Under the pieces are notes generated by a model. It made no database searches, was not told where the DNA came from, and saw only the letters and a list, made by a program, of their open reading frames with translations. Positions 23,686 through 36,236 of a DNA stretch of 64,000 bases are shown here, one piece after another. Within the stretch, counting starts at the first letter, position 1. Every line of letters starts with the position of its first letter. Both the position numbers and the translations under genes were made by a program. The stretch is from Azolla caroliniana (lineage: Eukaryota > Plantae > Polypodiophyta): the NCBI GenBank assembly GCA_043228905.1, contig JBHGNT010000018.1:15252001-15316000 (forward strand), in the 5' to 3' direction.

Positions 23686-26600
23686 TTTCTGCAACAGCTC
23701 GCTCTGATACCAGATTGTTGAGAATCGAACCTTCTATTCACCTTCTTCGGTCGGCCACAACCGATTAATCGCGGATCAATGGAGCAGAAAATAGGAACCA
23801 CACGGAGAAACAAAATAAAACGCGAGTACACAGGGATTAACGTGGAAAACCCTAGACGGGAAAAACCACGGGAGTACAAGACTCCAAACCAAACACTATA
23901 CAGAGAAGTATACAATGGCGAGCTGCAAGGCGACGACCTTGAGCTCGCTGTCCTCGCCACAGGCGGCGGAAATACACAGAGGCGTCTACCTCTTCGTCTC
24001 TCGCGCTCTATCTCTCTCTCTCTCTCTCGGCTACTCTCTCTTCACTCCCCTTGAGTGGAAAAACAGAAAAATAAGCAGCAACATAAACTGTTTGCCCTAA
24101 GTCATATTTATACACATATGACTTTCGGGCTATTTACAAATATAGCCTCAAGGGCTCTTGGCAAACATATTCACAAATATGTCCCCGCATCCGGATCTCC
24201 CTCCGGGTACATTCGTCATCCGGCTCCGTAACCGGGGTCTTCAGCATCCGGCTCCGTAGCCGGGGTATTCATCATCCGGCTCCGTAGCCGGGGTCTTCAT
24301 CATCCGGCTCCGTAGCCGGGGTCTTCATCATCCGGCACCGTAACCGGGGTCTTCATCATCCGGCTCCGTAGCCGGGGTCTTCATCATCCGGCACCGTAAC
24401 CGCAACCGGGCTTGCCGTCATTCATCTCCGGACATCCCATCCGGAGGGACCGAAATCCCAACATTCAACAACTGCCATTAAGTACTCCAAAATCACGAGC
24501 GCAATCCTGACTAAAGCAGCTCTGAGAAAGTCTTTTGCCAAAGACTCGGCAGATGAAGCTTACGTAGTACAAGGTTCAAACGACCAATCGAACAACCGGG
24601 GAAGAAGTTCTTCCCAACCGCCGAACAATCAGCGAAGCCAGAGCACATCTCGGGACAATCAAATCTGCAACTACTGCAAGAAAGCGGGACACATCAAAGC
24701 CAACTGTTGGGCACTCAAAGCAAAAATTGACAAAGCTCAAAGAGCGGATCAGAAGAGTAGCCGTCATGAGGAGGTCAACTACGTCGGCTCTTCAGCCGAA
24801 ATTTTGACGACCGACCCAAACATACCGTCCATAGAGAACCCAATCAAATCAGAAGTTCTGCTTACAAATGAGGAATGGAGCACATGGCTCCTGGACTCGG
24901 GCGCATCGTATCATGTAACACCTCATATATCTCAGTTTTGGCAATACTCAGACTAGCACTCTGACTCAATTCGAGTCGGGAACTCGCAACATTGCGCCAT
25001 AATCGGAATCGGCACCGTAGAGCTCAACCTTCTGGGTGGCTCTACACTCGTACTACACAATGTTCGACACATTCATGAGCTTTCAAGACCCTTGATCTCA
25101 GTCGGACAACTTGACGAAGCCGGCATCCGTTCCGGGTTCTCATCAGGAGGGTGGACACTCCACAAAGGGAACCTCCTGCTTGCTCGAGGACCAAAGGTAC
25201 ACTCTTTGTACCCTTTATATGTCACACTCAAAGAGGGTGACTTATTTTTGGTTGATATCCCCGTATCATCGTTATGGCATGGACGACTTGAACACCTTAG
25301 CAAGGCCGGCATAATGCACCTATCCAGAACCAGTTACATCCCCAAGATCTCCTTCTCGAATCACCAATTCTGCGAGCATTGCCAATACAGAAAACAGGTA
25401 GCCGCATCACACCTGACATCAACACCAAGAGAATCGAGTCCCCTCGATTTGGTCCACTCGGACGTCTGTGGCCCGATGCCACATCAGTCTCTCGGCAGTG
25501 CTTCATACTTCGTCAGTTTTATTGACGACTCGATTCGGAAGGTGTGGGCTTACCCCATTAGAACCAAAGATCGGGTGTTATCGATCTTCTCTGAATGTCT
25601 TGCAATGATCGAAAACCAGACCGGTCGAAAACTAAAATGTCTCCAAACTGATAATGGAGGAGAATTCAAGTCTGACGAATTCGTCCAATTTTATTGGGAA
25701 CGCGGCATTCGAAGTGAATATATCACACCCTATAGTCTGGAGTAGAATGGAATTGCTGAACGCATGAATCAGACGATTCAAGAATGCATAGTATCCATGC
25801 TCCAACACTCTGGACTATCGGATGGCTTCTGGGCGGAGGCTCTACTTACGGCAGTACACATAATAAATATGTTGCCAGGTAGACCTCTAGGACTTAAATT
25901 ACCTCAGGAAACATGGACCGATAGTAAGCCGAATTATGACAAGCTGAGGATCTTCGGTTGCAAGGCGTATGCCCTCATACCAAAAGACGACCGCCGGAAA
26001 CTCGAAGAAATGCGTTTTCCTTGGATATGGACCCGACGGCGAGATCGGATACCGACTCTGGGACCCCGAGCACAGACAAATCGTCCAAAGTTCGGATGTC
26101 GTGTTCAACCAGTCAGCTATGCATAAAACGGCCGAAAGGCCTATTGAAGTCTGAAGGGTAATATTTTCCGAAGTGCCAACCCTTCATGAAGGCCCAACCC
26201 ACAACACGAGATCGATTTCATGGGTAACCGACACCTCCCGTCCTGAATCCACCGATTCAGCACAACCGAATGGCTCGACTTCCGACCATCCGACACCAAT
26301 ACCCAGTTCGACCAGTCCAATCATACCTCGAAGATCCGAGCGACTGTTGCAACCTCCGGAAAGGTACTCTCCCGGAATTTTCTTTACCGACGCCGGCGAA
26401 CCGTCGTCTTACGAATAAGCATCGGCATCTACCGACTCAGCCACCTGGCATCTGGCGATGGAGTCGGAAATGCACTCCATTCACGCAAACAAGACTTGGG
26501 ACTTGGTCCAATTACCGAAGAATCGACGTGCTCTTCCGTGTAAGTGGGTTTATCGACTAAAAGAGATGTCTGACTCGAGCAACCCAAAGTACAAGGCTAG

Positions 26601-28398
26601 ATTTGTTGCGAAGGGATTTCGACAAGAATATGGCGTCGACTTTGATGAAATCTTTTCACCAATGGTGAAAATGACAACCCTTCGTTTCATGCTTGGCGTC
26701 GTGGCCGCCGACAACTTGGAGCTGATTCAGCTAAATGTAAAAACGACATTCCTGCACGGTGACGTATAAGAGGAAATCTATATGGAGCAGCCGAAAGGCT
26801 TTGTCGCATCCGGCCAGGAACATCTAGTTTGCCGACTCAGGAAGAGTTTATACGGCCTGAAACATGCACCTCGACAGTGGTACAAGAAGTTCGACGACTT
26901 CATCCAATCGGTTGGCTTCTCCAAGAGCGATGAGGACCACTGTCTCTTCACCAAAACAACTCAAGACGAGTCTCCCGTCTTCCTCATCATTTACATGGAC
27001 GACATGCTACTCTCTGGCCGACATGCCGGAGAGTTCACCGAACTCGTTCGGAAACTGCGGTTGAAGTTTGCCATGAAGGACCTCGATCTGGCAAGACACA
27101 TACTTGGTATGAAGATTAGTCCGCATCGCGATAAACAACAACTCCTCTTTTCTCAAACTGACTACATGGGACGTGTCTTGGAACACTTCAACATGCATTC
27201 GGCCAAGTCTGCTTCGACCCCGCTCCCCATTAACCTTCAGCTGTCTCAGCGAGACTGCCCGACATCCGGTCCGGAGGGGGAAGACATGAAGTCGGTACCA
27301 TATGCACCGGCAGTCGGCTCCCTTATGTATGCGATGGTCGCGACACGGCCTGATATTTCTCACGCTGTAAGAGTCGTCAGTAGATTCATGCACAGCCCAG
27401 GCCGATCGCACTGGAACGCAGTCAAGCATCTGTTCAGATATCTAGCTGGCACAAAAGACCACAACATTCTTTTTGGACCGAACTAAACCTCAGGCATAGT
27501 CAGTTACACCGATTCGGACTTCGCCGGTTGCGTAGACAGTAGGAAATCAACAACCAAATATTGTTTCAAATTCGTCAATGGAGCAATCTCGTGGAAGTCG
27601 AAACTTCAGGAGTGCACAACCACCTCAACGACCGAAAACACCGGGTCATTTGAAACAGGTAATATGTCGTATTCTCTTTTGGCATAGTTGGCCAGATGTA
27701 GAAAAGTACCCTATTTTAGCCTGATATCGAAAATATATGATGCATGCGTACCCCTTTTGCGACTTGATGGTTAAATATAGAACAAAAAAAACCTAGCAAT
27801 TACTAAATTGTATATGTGTCCACATTCGTGTCAATTTGCATATCATGGAGCACAATTGAAGACTTGGTTCAATATAAAGTTCTAAAATTGGTATCCATAT
27901 TCAAATTGTAAAGTAAAACTACATAAACCGTAATTATAAATATGTGGTTTTGGGTTTAGAATAAAGTAGTACCCCACTTGTTGGACGGGTATATCGATAG
28001 TTTCATTGTATAATGTCATATAGTTCATGACAATGTAATTGGTAAGAGTAACAATTACGTACGACATTCATTTATACTATGTGGAACCAGTAGACTTGAA
28101 CCGTAGGTAACTAAAAACCTCTTATTATCAAAAACATTCGCCTTTTCATATACAGTCATGCTAACGGAAATGAGAAATTACAATATCATGTTAATATCTC
28201 AAACTGAAGAAGAGCATGGTGACCAATTATATGTAAATACAAACAACGGTTCCAATAATGATTAAAAAGGGAAATTATGAATAGGTGAATTTAATTAAAC
28301 GATAAACAATTACAGATGTTCTCATATACAAATATAATATGAAGTGATGGTGAACATTATGCCTCAAAATCCTCAATTTTTACATTACGCCATCTACA

Positions 28399-30064
28399 TC
28401 AATCTATAAGCAAATCAGGCAGAGCAGGCTCCTCTGGCGCTGATTGTTCTAGACTGTTTTCATTCGTGTCATCTCCAAGCTGTCCCGAATCTGATGTATG
28501 GTCAAACTGTGCTACATCTTCCAGGTCCACCAGCTCCCCTGCTTCTTCATCAATTGGTTCCATTGGTTCTCGTGAAGTCATCTGGAACATCTCTGTCTTG
28601 TTGATGTGTTTTGCTCCGACTTCTTGATCCTGATCTGGACAGTCCCAGATTCCTATGATCCTCATTTTGATGAAGTTAACTTGAGCATGGTCCTTCTCCA
28701 ATGCAACACAGTTTCTAACCATCTTCAATGCACAAGCTGTCGTTGTACCTAAGGGTCGCATGAACACAAACAAGTATATATAAGAAGTAACGTCTTAAAC
28801 TTGATAGACAAGATTGAAATGAAATATATATATTATACCTGTGCCAGAGAACAAGTCTAGGACCCAATCATCTGGATTCAAGAAGAGCTCTATGAGGCGG
28901 TTGATCAATCTTTGAGGTTTTTGATAAGGGTTCACCATACTTTTATCCCCTGACACATGTCTTAATTTTTTGGTTACGGCTGGGCACATGATGTAGTTAA
29001 CCACGTTACGCTCATTGACATGTGCTCTAGCCTTCTTCTTTGTAATTGAATCATAGTAGCCCACACAAAAATGTTCGACCGCACTAACCATTCGATCGCC
29101 AGGGCTATGTGTAATATTTGTTTTGATCCTATAGAGAAAGAAAATCAAGTATTAGAGGTGTAAATGTGTACATATAATAAGAAGTATTGTAATGAGTAAA
29201 AGCGAACTATAACACACCAATGCATGTGTTCAGTGGCATGACAACGGGACTTCAAAGCTATTGTGACTGACAGTGATTGCCCCATGCTATGAAATATGAC
29301 TATCCTCCACAAGGGGGCCAATGTCAGTTCTGCGAAATCCTTTACCATTTTCTCGATCTGAGGGTACTTGAAAGGCACATCATCATATGTTGATCCCGCA
29401 ATACGGAAACCATATGGTATGTCAGCTATCAGCAAAGTGTAGTGCCTTCTCGGTAACAGTTCGAGCATCTGGGATACTTCGCCATTGAAAACACTATAAT
29501 GAAGCTGTTTGAAAGGATCAGACCTATGCAAAAAACTCTTTACAGTCTCCGAATCCTCGGGCAGTTCCATTTCCTTCCCTTTGGTCATTCTCTTCTCATA
29601 TTTCGCACGTTCTAAGTGCGTGATGAAGGCCGCTGGAATACCGTCATTATTGTCGTTGTTCTTTTTCGATTTTGATGGTTTCTGCAAGTGTCATTGTTGT
29701 TAGCAGGGAACATTACTTTCTAAGATATCAACATTCAAAAGACACATACCCATTCTCTAAATACAATAAAATATTCCTCCAATGCCTTGTAGGAAGAAGT
29801 TATCGGGCAGGCTTGTTCAACTTCTTCCCATGTCGGTAAACTCAGTTTTTGCATCATCAACTCCTGAATCTTCATGTATACCTTGTGACTGCACAATCAA
29901 TATGAAATTAGAAATAAGATATTCAAAATAATTGAAGACTTTCATGAAAAGGTATACTATAAACACTTACTTTGGCAAGTCTGTTACCATCTCGTCCAAC
30001 TAAATTCCTTGGCAACCACTCGAGATAGCACGGATATTAACAATCTATCATCTTTGATACCTTG
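28399..30064 (-). CDS. Spliced, 5'-truncated gene for a beta-class N6-adenine/N4-cytosine DNA methyltransferase (N6_N4_Mtase-like); exons about 30064-29971, 29888-29750, 29681-29218, 29128-28839 and 28748-28399; may be a pseudogene
   Basis: Four GT-AG introns (82, 68, 89, 90 nt); the last four exons join into an open 413-aa frame. Motifs in order: LLIADIPYG, HWIKTN...VEHF, NPYQKPQRLINRLIELF, WVLDLFSGTGTTTACALKMVRNCVALEKD. The first visible exon has a probable 1-nt frameshift. Confidence 0.88.
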
Positions 30065-33000
30065 GAGGAGGTATGAAAAGGCTGATGGAGGAGGCGACGG
30101 TTCTTCACGCGGAGACCGTCCACTACTCGGGGTCAGCTGGTATTCAGGTCGGAGCTGGCGAGGACCCGAAGACGAACAAAGCCGAGTTTTGGCCGACGAT
30201 GGTAGAAGGCCTCGCCGACGCACAACTAAGGAAAGAAGAGGCGGACCGCGCGGAAAAACGGGTCCGGGAGGTAACCGGGTGGAGTGACCCGGTGGAGGAA
30301 AAGACGGGCTTCGTCGAAGCCGCTTTTCAAAACTACGAGGCTCTGGTGGAGGACAAGCAGGTAGGAAAAACCGGAGGGGCCGGGCCCTCGCAACGATATG
30401 AAATTCGATTTGGGCAAAGGTGGAATGAGGCCGGTGTAACCGGCGCCTAGGATAATCCCAAGAGGGGCGGATACCGGCTGGGCATAGAAATCGAAAGATC
30501 CACGGACCTACGAAAGGTCCTGGAAGAACGAATCCTCGACAGCAAGGTGGAACTGTTGCTGAGGGAAGTGCTTGGGATCGCCAAGAAGGAGTTCCACGAC
30601 TCCATCGTAGACTTGGTGAAGAGGAAGAGGCTGTTGACAGAGACAGAACCAGAGAAGCCGGTGGAGGTGCAGACGACGCACATAGAGGACATGGCGCTGG
30701 AAGACGAGTTGGCGGAGAGCCACTATTCGAGGCCGCATTGGGCCAGAGCGACCACGGAGACCCCCGTGAAGATCGGAGATGTTCATGAACCGGTGATGGT
30801 GTTGGTGGACCACGGTTCAGAAATCAATTTGATGTCCATGGACTTCTACAAGAAGGGGAAATGGCCGATCAACACCAAGCACGGGTGGAAAATACGGGCA
30901 GCGATGCGTGCCACCGAAGAACTGCATGGAGGCTGCCCGAATGTACGAGTGAAGATCGATGATGTCGAGATTGACCAACACTTCTTTGTGCAGGAGACGT
31001 CCTCACATCCGGTTATACTAGGAGAACCGTACATCACGGCAACACGGATGGAGACCAAGGTGCTGGACAACAGCTCGGTCTATGCAAGGGTCAAGAGCTA
31101 GGATGGGTGTCACTCGGTCCAGTTCCTGACGGTGAGACCGAACCATGAACGGAACCGTGAGACCCTCGGGGGCGACAACTGAGAGGATTTTTAGAGAGGG
31201 CTATCAAGGCGTGGGGCCGCGATAGTCCGGACACTCCGGGAAAACCCCACAAATGTACAGTACGGAAGAAGACTTGTACCATGGGTAGGAAGTTTTGGTT
31301 CTCCGACAATGGAGGTTGTAGTATAACCAGCGTCAGCGGCCGGGAGAGGAAGCGAGCGGAGGAGCGGCTCATGGGATGTGGAGTCCTCTTCCCCGACGAA
31401 GACATCAGCGGCGCCGTTGAGGCGGTCTCTTTTGATGACACCTTGGGCGAACTATGAAAGGTGATCGATTAAGAGCTTAGAGAAGACCGGACCGTTCTAG
31501 TAGGATCGATGGGAATGTACGAAGTCATCGCGAACTTCGGGGAAAGGATCGGGTCGGATCGGACGGCCCGCGTGGATACGAAATACAAGACTGTGGAACG
31601 GAAGGTGAGGCCAATTGCTGCACCCTTGCTGGAGGGCAGCGAGGAGCGAATGAAAGGGGTCGCATCGGACCCAAGTTTACGAAATCCGGCCCGCATATGA
31701 CACACGTTCACCGACATAACGCTACGTGAGCTCAAAATCGGTGGGGACGGCTTCCTACTGCTGGCAGAAGAGGACCGTTTTCGGGGAATGCTCGGAAGGC
31801 ATGGGGAGGCTTTCGCATTCTCACCGGAGGAGATCGGGTGCGTAGACCCGACAGTCGTGGAACCGATGGTGATATTCACGGTACCGCATGTGCCGTGGAG
31901 TCTCAAACCGATTCCAATACCCAGAGCTCACATCCCGAAGCTGATGGAGTTGTTAAAGCAGAAGGTCGAGATGGGCATCCTCAAACCGTCGAGTGCCCCA
32001 TACTCGAATCGGTGGTTTACCGTGCCGAAGAAGGACGGCACGCTGCGCTTTATTCAAGACCTGCAGCCAGTCAACAAGGTGACCATTCGAAACACAGGAA
32101 TCGGACCGACAATAGACGAGTTCGCGGAGGCCTTCGCCGGAAGGTCGATTTACTCGGTCGGTGATCTCTACTCGGGGTACGATCAGTTCCAGCTAGACAT
32201 AGAGAGCAGAGACATCACGACAATGCGAACTCCGCTCGGCCTAGTACGAATGTGTACCCTACCGCAAGGAGGGACGAACTCGGTGGCTCACATGGTGAAC
32301 GCCATGAACAAGGTGCTGAGGGATTGTATCCCGGACATCACCATGCCGTTTTTGGACGACGTCCCGATCAAGGGATGCCCGGTGGAGGAAAAGGACGAGA
32401 CGATCGGACCGGACGGGTGCCGGAAATTCGTGGCGACGCACATTGATGACTGCGAGAAGGTGCTGTAGAGGTTAGAGGGCGCGAGGCTCACCTTCTCCGG
32501 GGAAAAATCAGCCTTCGAGCAATCAGAGATCATGGTCGTCAGACACCTATGCGGGTCGTACGGCCGGAAACCGTCTCCGGCTAAGCTAGAAGCCATCTCC
32601 GCGATGAAGCACGACTGTAGCTCGGTCATGGAGGTTCGGAGGTTCTTGGGAGCATGCACGTTCTTCCACATATGGATCCCACATTACGCCCACGTCGCGG
32701 AGCCGTTATACGGGTTGCTGAAAAAGGTGCGAAAATTCGAGTGGAGAGACGAGCATACGGAGTCTGTCCGAAAGATGAAGGAAGCACTTGCCGCAGCTCC
32801 AGCACTCCGAAAGGCTGTCTACGGAAAGGACACTCCAATTTACGTAACCATAGACACGAGTCCAACCGGGATCGGATGGGTCGTCAACCAAGAGGACGAG
32901 GACGGCATGCGTTTCCCGATCCGGTTCGGCGCGAAGGTTCTCAGCGAGCGATAACGAGGATACGCCCAGGTTAAACGCGAGCTCTGGGGTATCGTTTTGG

Positions 33001-36000
33001 CGGTAAAGGCCGATAAAGACTACCTGATCGGGACAGACGTAATTATCGAGACAGACTGCCTGCCAATTCTTGGCATGGTTTCCGGATGCGCGACGCCGGA
33101 CCTGGCAATGCTCAGGTGGATAACGTACATCAAGTCCCTGAATCCGGAAATACGACACATTTCCGGGAAAGACAATGCCATGGCCGACATGCTTTCACTG
33201 GCGAGGTTCGAAAACGAGGGCGGCATGGTTTCGGAGGACGAGGAAGTTGGCGTGGACTTCTTCGAGTCGGCTTACGTAACAACCGGCAGGGAATGCACTC
33301 CAACGCTTAACGATTTCGACGAGAGCAAGTACAACGGGGAGTGGCTGCAGATCGGCGGGTGCCTGAAAACAATGACACCGGATGTGGCATGGAGAAAGGA
33401 TGAGGCCAACCGGATTCGGAAGAAAGCGTACCGATTCTTTCTCCGGGACGGGTACATATGGAAGCACCCGAAGAAGAGGAACGACATCCCGCTCTGAGTG
33501 GTGGCGAAGGAGGAACAGGAGGATTTGTTGGCGGCGTACCACGATAGTCCTTGGGCTGGACACCGTGGAACGTGGGCCACGTTCGAAAAGCTAAAGGGGA
33601 AGTACTGGTGGCCGGGACTATACCGAGACGTGCATCGGTTCGTGACGACCTGCGAAAGCTGTCAGGTGCACTCCATGATCCGACACAGGGACAAGCTTCA
33701 CCCAACCTACCCTCCGACCATCCACTTCAAGTGGATGGTGGATTGGGTGACGATGCCAATGGGGGTAGGACAGATGCAGTATCTGGTGCTGGCTCGAGAG
33801 GATCTAACGAACCAAGTTGAAGGTCGAGCCCTGCAGAACAAGACAACTACAGCCGTGTGCCGGTTTTTGATTGAGGACGTGGTATGTCGATACGGGTGCG
33901 CAGGGAAGATCGTGGCTGACCGTGGTGAGTTGGACGCAGAAGAGGCTGAAGAGCTGTTCAACCGGCTAGGAGTCAAACTTTCGCTCACCACATCGTACAA
34001 TCCGGAGGCGAACGGTGTCGTGAAGAAAACCGTAACCGAACGCTTCTCCTCTGTCTGTTCTGTATTGCTCTTCTCTGCAGATTTCGGGAGGCTCGCGCTG
34101 CTTCGAGGAACGCCCGTGTGCTTTCGGCAGCACCTCCATCCTATCCCCTTTACGTGCGCAGACGATCAGGCATCAGCATCTGTTCGCTGGCCTGTTAGGT
34201 TGTAACCGCTCGCGTGCTCTATTGTGTACTTGTTATTCGTTAATATACAAACACTTGTGTCTCCCTATCTCTGTGTCCATTCGCGTCTTCTGTGTTGACA
34301 GGCCGTGCCCCTGTGTTTCTTTGCTCATACGTGAATGGGCGTCTCTCTCTTTCTCTTTCCCCTTCTATCACTTGCTCTTCGGTTCAAGAACCCGGTGGTC
34401 CCGCCTCGTTTCTCCACGCACACGCATAGTAACGCGACATATTTGGTGAACCCGACGTGAACAGGCGGCAGAGGAGCGGAGATGAAGGGGTCGGATCTTG
34501 CAGAGGCCATGGCTTCGGCCGTGGACCGGATAGTGAGCGCGCGCGAGGGCACCAGCGCCCTTGAGAGGGCTATTGAGGCGATCGTCGGTATGATCGGCCG
34601 ATTCAGTGGAAAGGATGCCACGAGTTATTTGGCGTCATACCGGGCGGAGATGTTGATGAGGGATATTCCGGAAGAGAGGCGTCTTGCCGGATTCCCTCGA
34701 GTGGCGATGCCCGGCATCCATGCGGAGGTGCTCGAAGTCCGGGCAGAGAGCCGGACCTGGGAGAAGTTCGAAGGACGGCTCCTGGAGAAATACGGGCTAG
34801 ATGACGCGCTTCAACTTTCGAAGCGGGGCTTCATGGAGTGCGTGGAGTCCCCCAACAAAGGAAGAAATGTGTCGGTACTCCTCCGGGAGTTTGACGAACG
34901 CTTTGCGCGCCTTTCGGCGCTCGATCGGACCGTTTTGGACACAAGTCGTGTCCTACTGTTTGTCAAGTCAGTTGATGCACGGGATCGGGGGCAAGTGGGC
35001 TCCTTACTGGAAACCGAAGACGGGCTGACGGCCGACTGGGCCGCGGTAAAAAGAGTCTGCGGCCGTTTTGACAAACGGTGGGAGTGGGCTGATACAGAGG
35101 CGACCGGGGCGGGACCTGTCGCAGCAAGGAAGCTCGAACCGATACCGCAGGCGCGAAGGGAAGAGACCCGGGAGTGGCTCGAAACCGGTTCGGCTTCGAC
35201 CGGCGTGGTCAGAGGCTCGTCCGGGGGAACAACTTTGGAGGAGTTGACACGAGCGGTAAAGGATCTCCAAATCGCCCAGGCTCGGAGGGAAGGCGGCGAT
35301 CAGGCTCGTGACCGACGGCCTCCGGCAGGAAGTAGGTGCATGTGGTGCGACGAGGTTGGCCACATCCGGAAAGACTGCGAGGAGTTTACGGAGGCTTTGA
35401 GAAGCCGGGTAGTGTACCTGTGGGAAGGTCGGGTGCACGCCAGTGATACCCGGAGGGCCCTGAACCGAAACAACGTTGTCGTGAAGAAAACCGCCCACAA
35501 GAGGAATCGGAGGAACAAGGCGTGGGAAACGGCTCTACGCACACACGCGCCCCAAGAAGTACCTAAGGACGAAGTAGGTACATACGAGGATCCTAGGTGG
35601 GTAGATTCGGTTGGTATGCAGTTAATGCCAAACGGCCTCTTGACGGGCTATAAAAGGGAAGAGGAAGAATAGAAGTGGGGATCTCGCGCGGAGAGGACGA
35701 AGTGCTGCCGAACCGATTTCGGAGCTTCTCTCTCACTCCTGCTTTCTCTGTCTTCTGCTCCATCGCGTACCAGTGCAGGTTTCGAGGAGGCTTGCGCTGT
35801 TCCGTGGAACGCCCCGAGTGCGTCCTGCAGCACCTCCGACCTGTTTTCCCTTCCTGTGCGTCGCGACATACAGGGGTCGGCATCTGTTCGCCGCCCTGTT
35901 CGTTTTCGTTAGTATCTATTTCGTGCCCCACCGTGGGTTGTAATACTTTAGTCTGTTATTTTCTTGCATTCATAAGTACATATCTTTCGTTGTTGCGTCC

Positions 36001-36196
36001 ATCTGCGTCGGCGTTTATTTGTGATCTCTGTTTGTTGGGCCGTGTCCCTGTGCAATCGTCGGTTCTGCGCAATCGGATCTTCGGTTCTGTGTAATCGGGT
36101 CTCTCTCTCTTACTCCTCTCTCTCTTGCTCTTCGGTTCAAGACCCCCGTGGTCCCTCCTCCTTTCTACACGCAAGGGCGTAGTAACCCCGACATCT

Positions 36197-36214
36197 TGGT
36201 GAACCCGACGTGAA
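36197..36214 (+). other. Primer-binding site complementary to the tRNA-Trp 3' end
   Basis: TGGTGAACCCGACGTGAA is the reverse complement of the plant cytosolic tRNA-Trp end TTCACGTCGGGTTCACCA (recalled sequence). Also present in G4 and G1. Confidence 0.85.
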
Positions 36215-36236
36215 AGAGGCGGCAGAAGAGCAGAAG

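Larger units (their letters stand above)
18854..24463 (-). mobile_element. Intact, recent Ty1/copia element C4 (Tnt1/Tork-like); TSD TTCAA
   Basis: 748-bp LTRs 18854-19601 and 23716-24463 (two differences seen by eye); PBS reverse complement 23701-23712; PPT reverse complement 19602-19613; TSD at 18849-18853 and 24464-24468. Confidence 0.97.
17774..27636 (+). mobile_element. Degenerate Ty1/copia element C3 (5' LTR 17774-18083, Met-PBS 18086-18097, gag-pol), interrupted by C4 and truncated in RNase H
   Basis: PBS TGGTATCAGAGC; gag from ATG 18353; WLLDSGASYH; integrase LVHSDVCGPM and LQTDNGGEF; RT YMDDMLL. Sequence ends at STTE. Confidence 0.92.

Noticed and set aside
28399-30064. Bacterial contamination or a restriction-modification system
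   Set aside because: The gene has spliceosomal GT-AG introns, is contiguous with plant TEs, and has no endonuclease partner.
27637-30064. DIRS-type element carrying its methyltransferase domain
   Set aside because: No tyrosine recombinase or DIRS RT nearby, and an intron-rich gene does not fit a retroelement ORF.
35675-36094. 139-aa ORF present twice (also 42122-42541), possible env-like or extra gene
   Set aside because: It lies within identical LTRs, so duplication is trivial, and it is not conserved in G3/G4 LTRs.
36197-36214. tRNA-like sequence
   Set aside because: Only an 18-nt PBS; no tRNA or rRNA gene was seen anywhere in the window.
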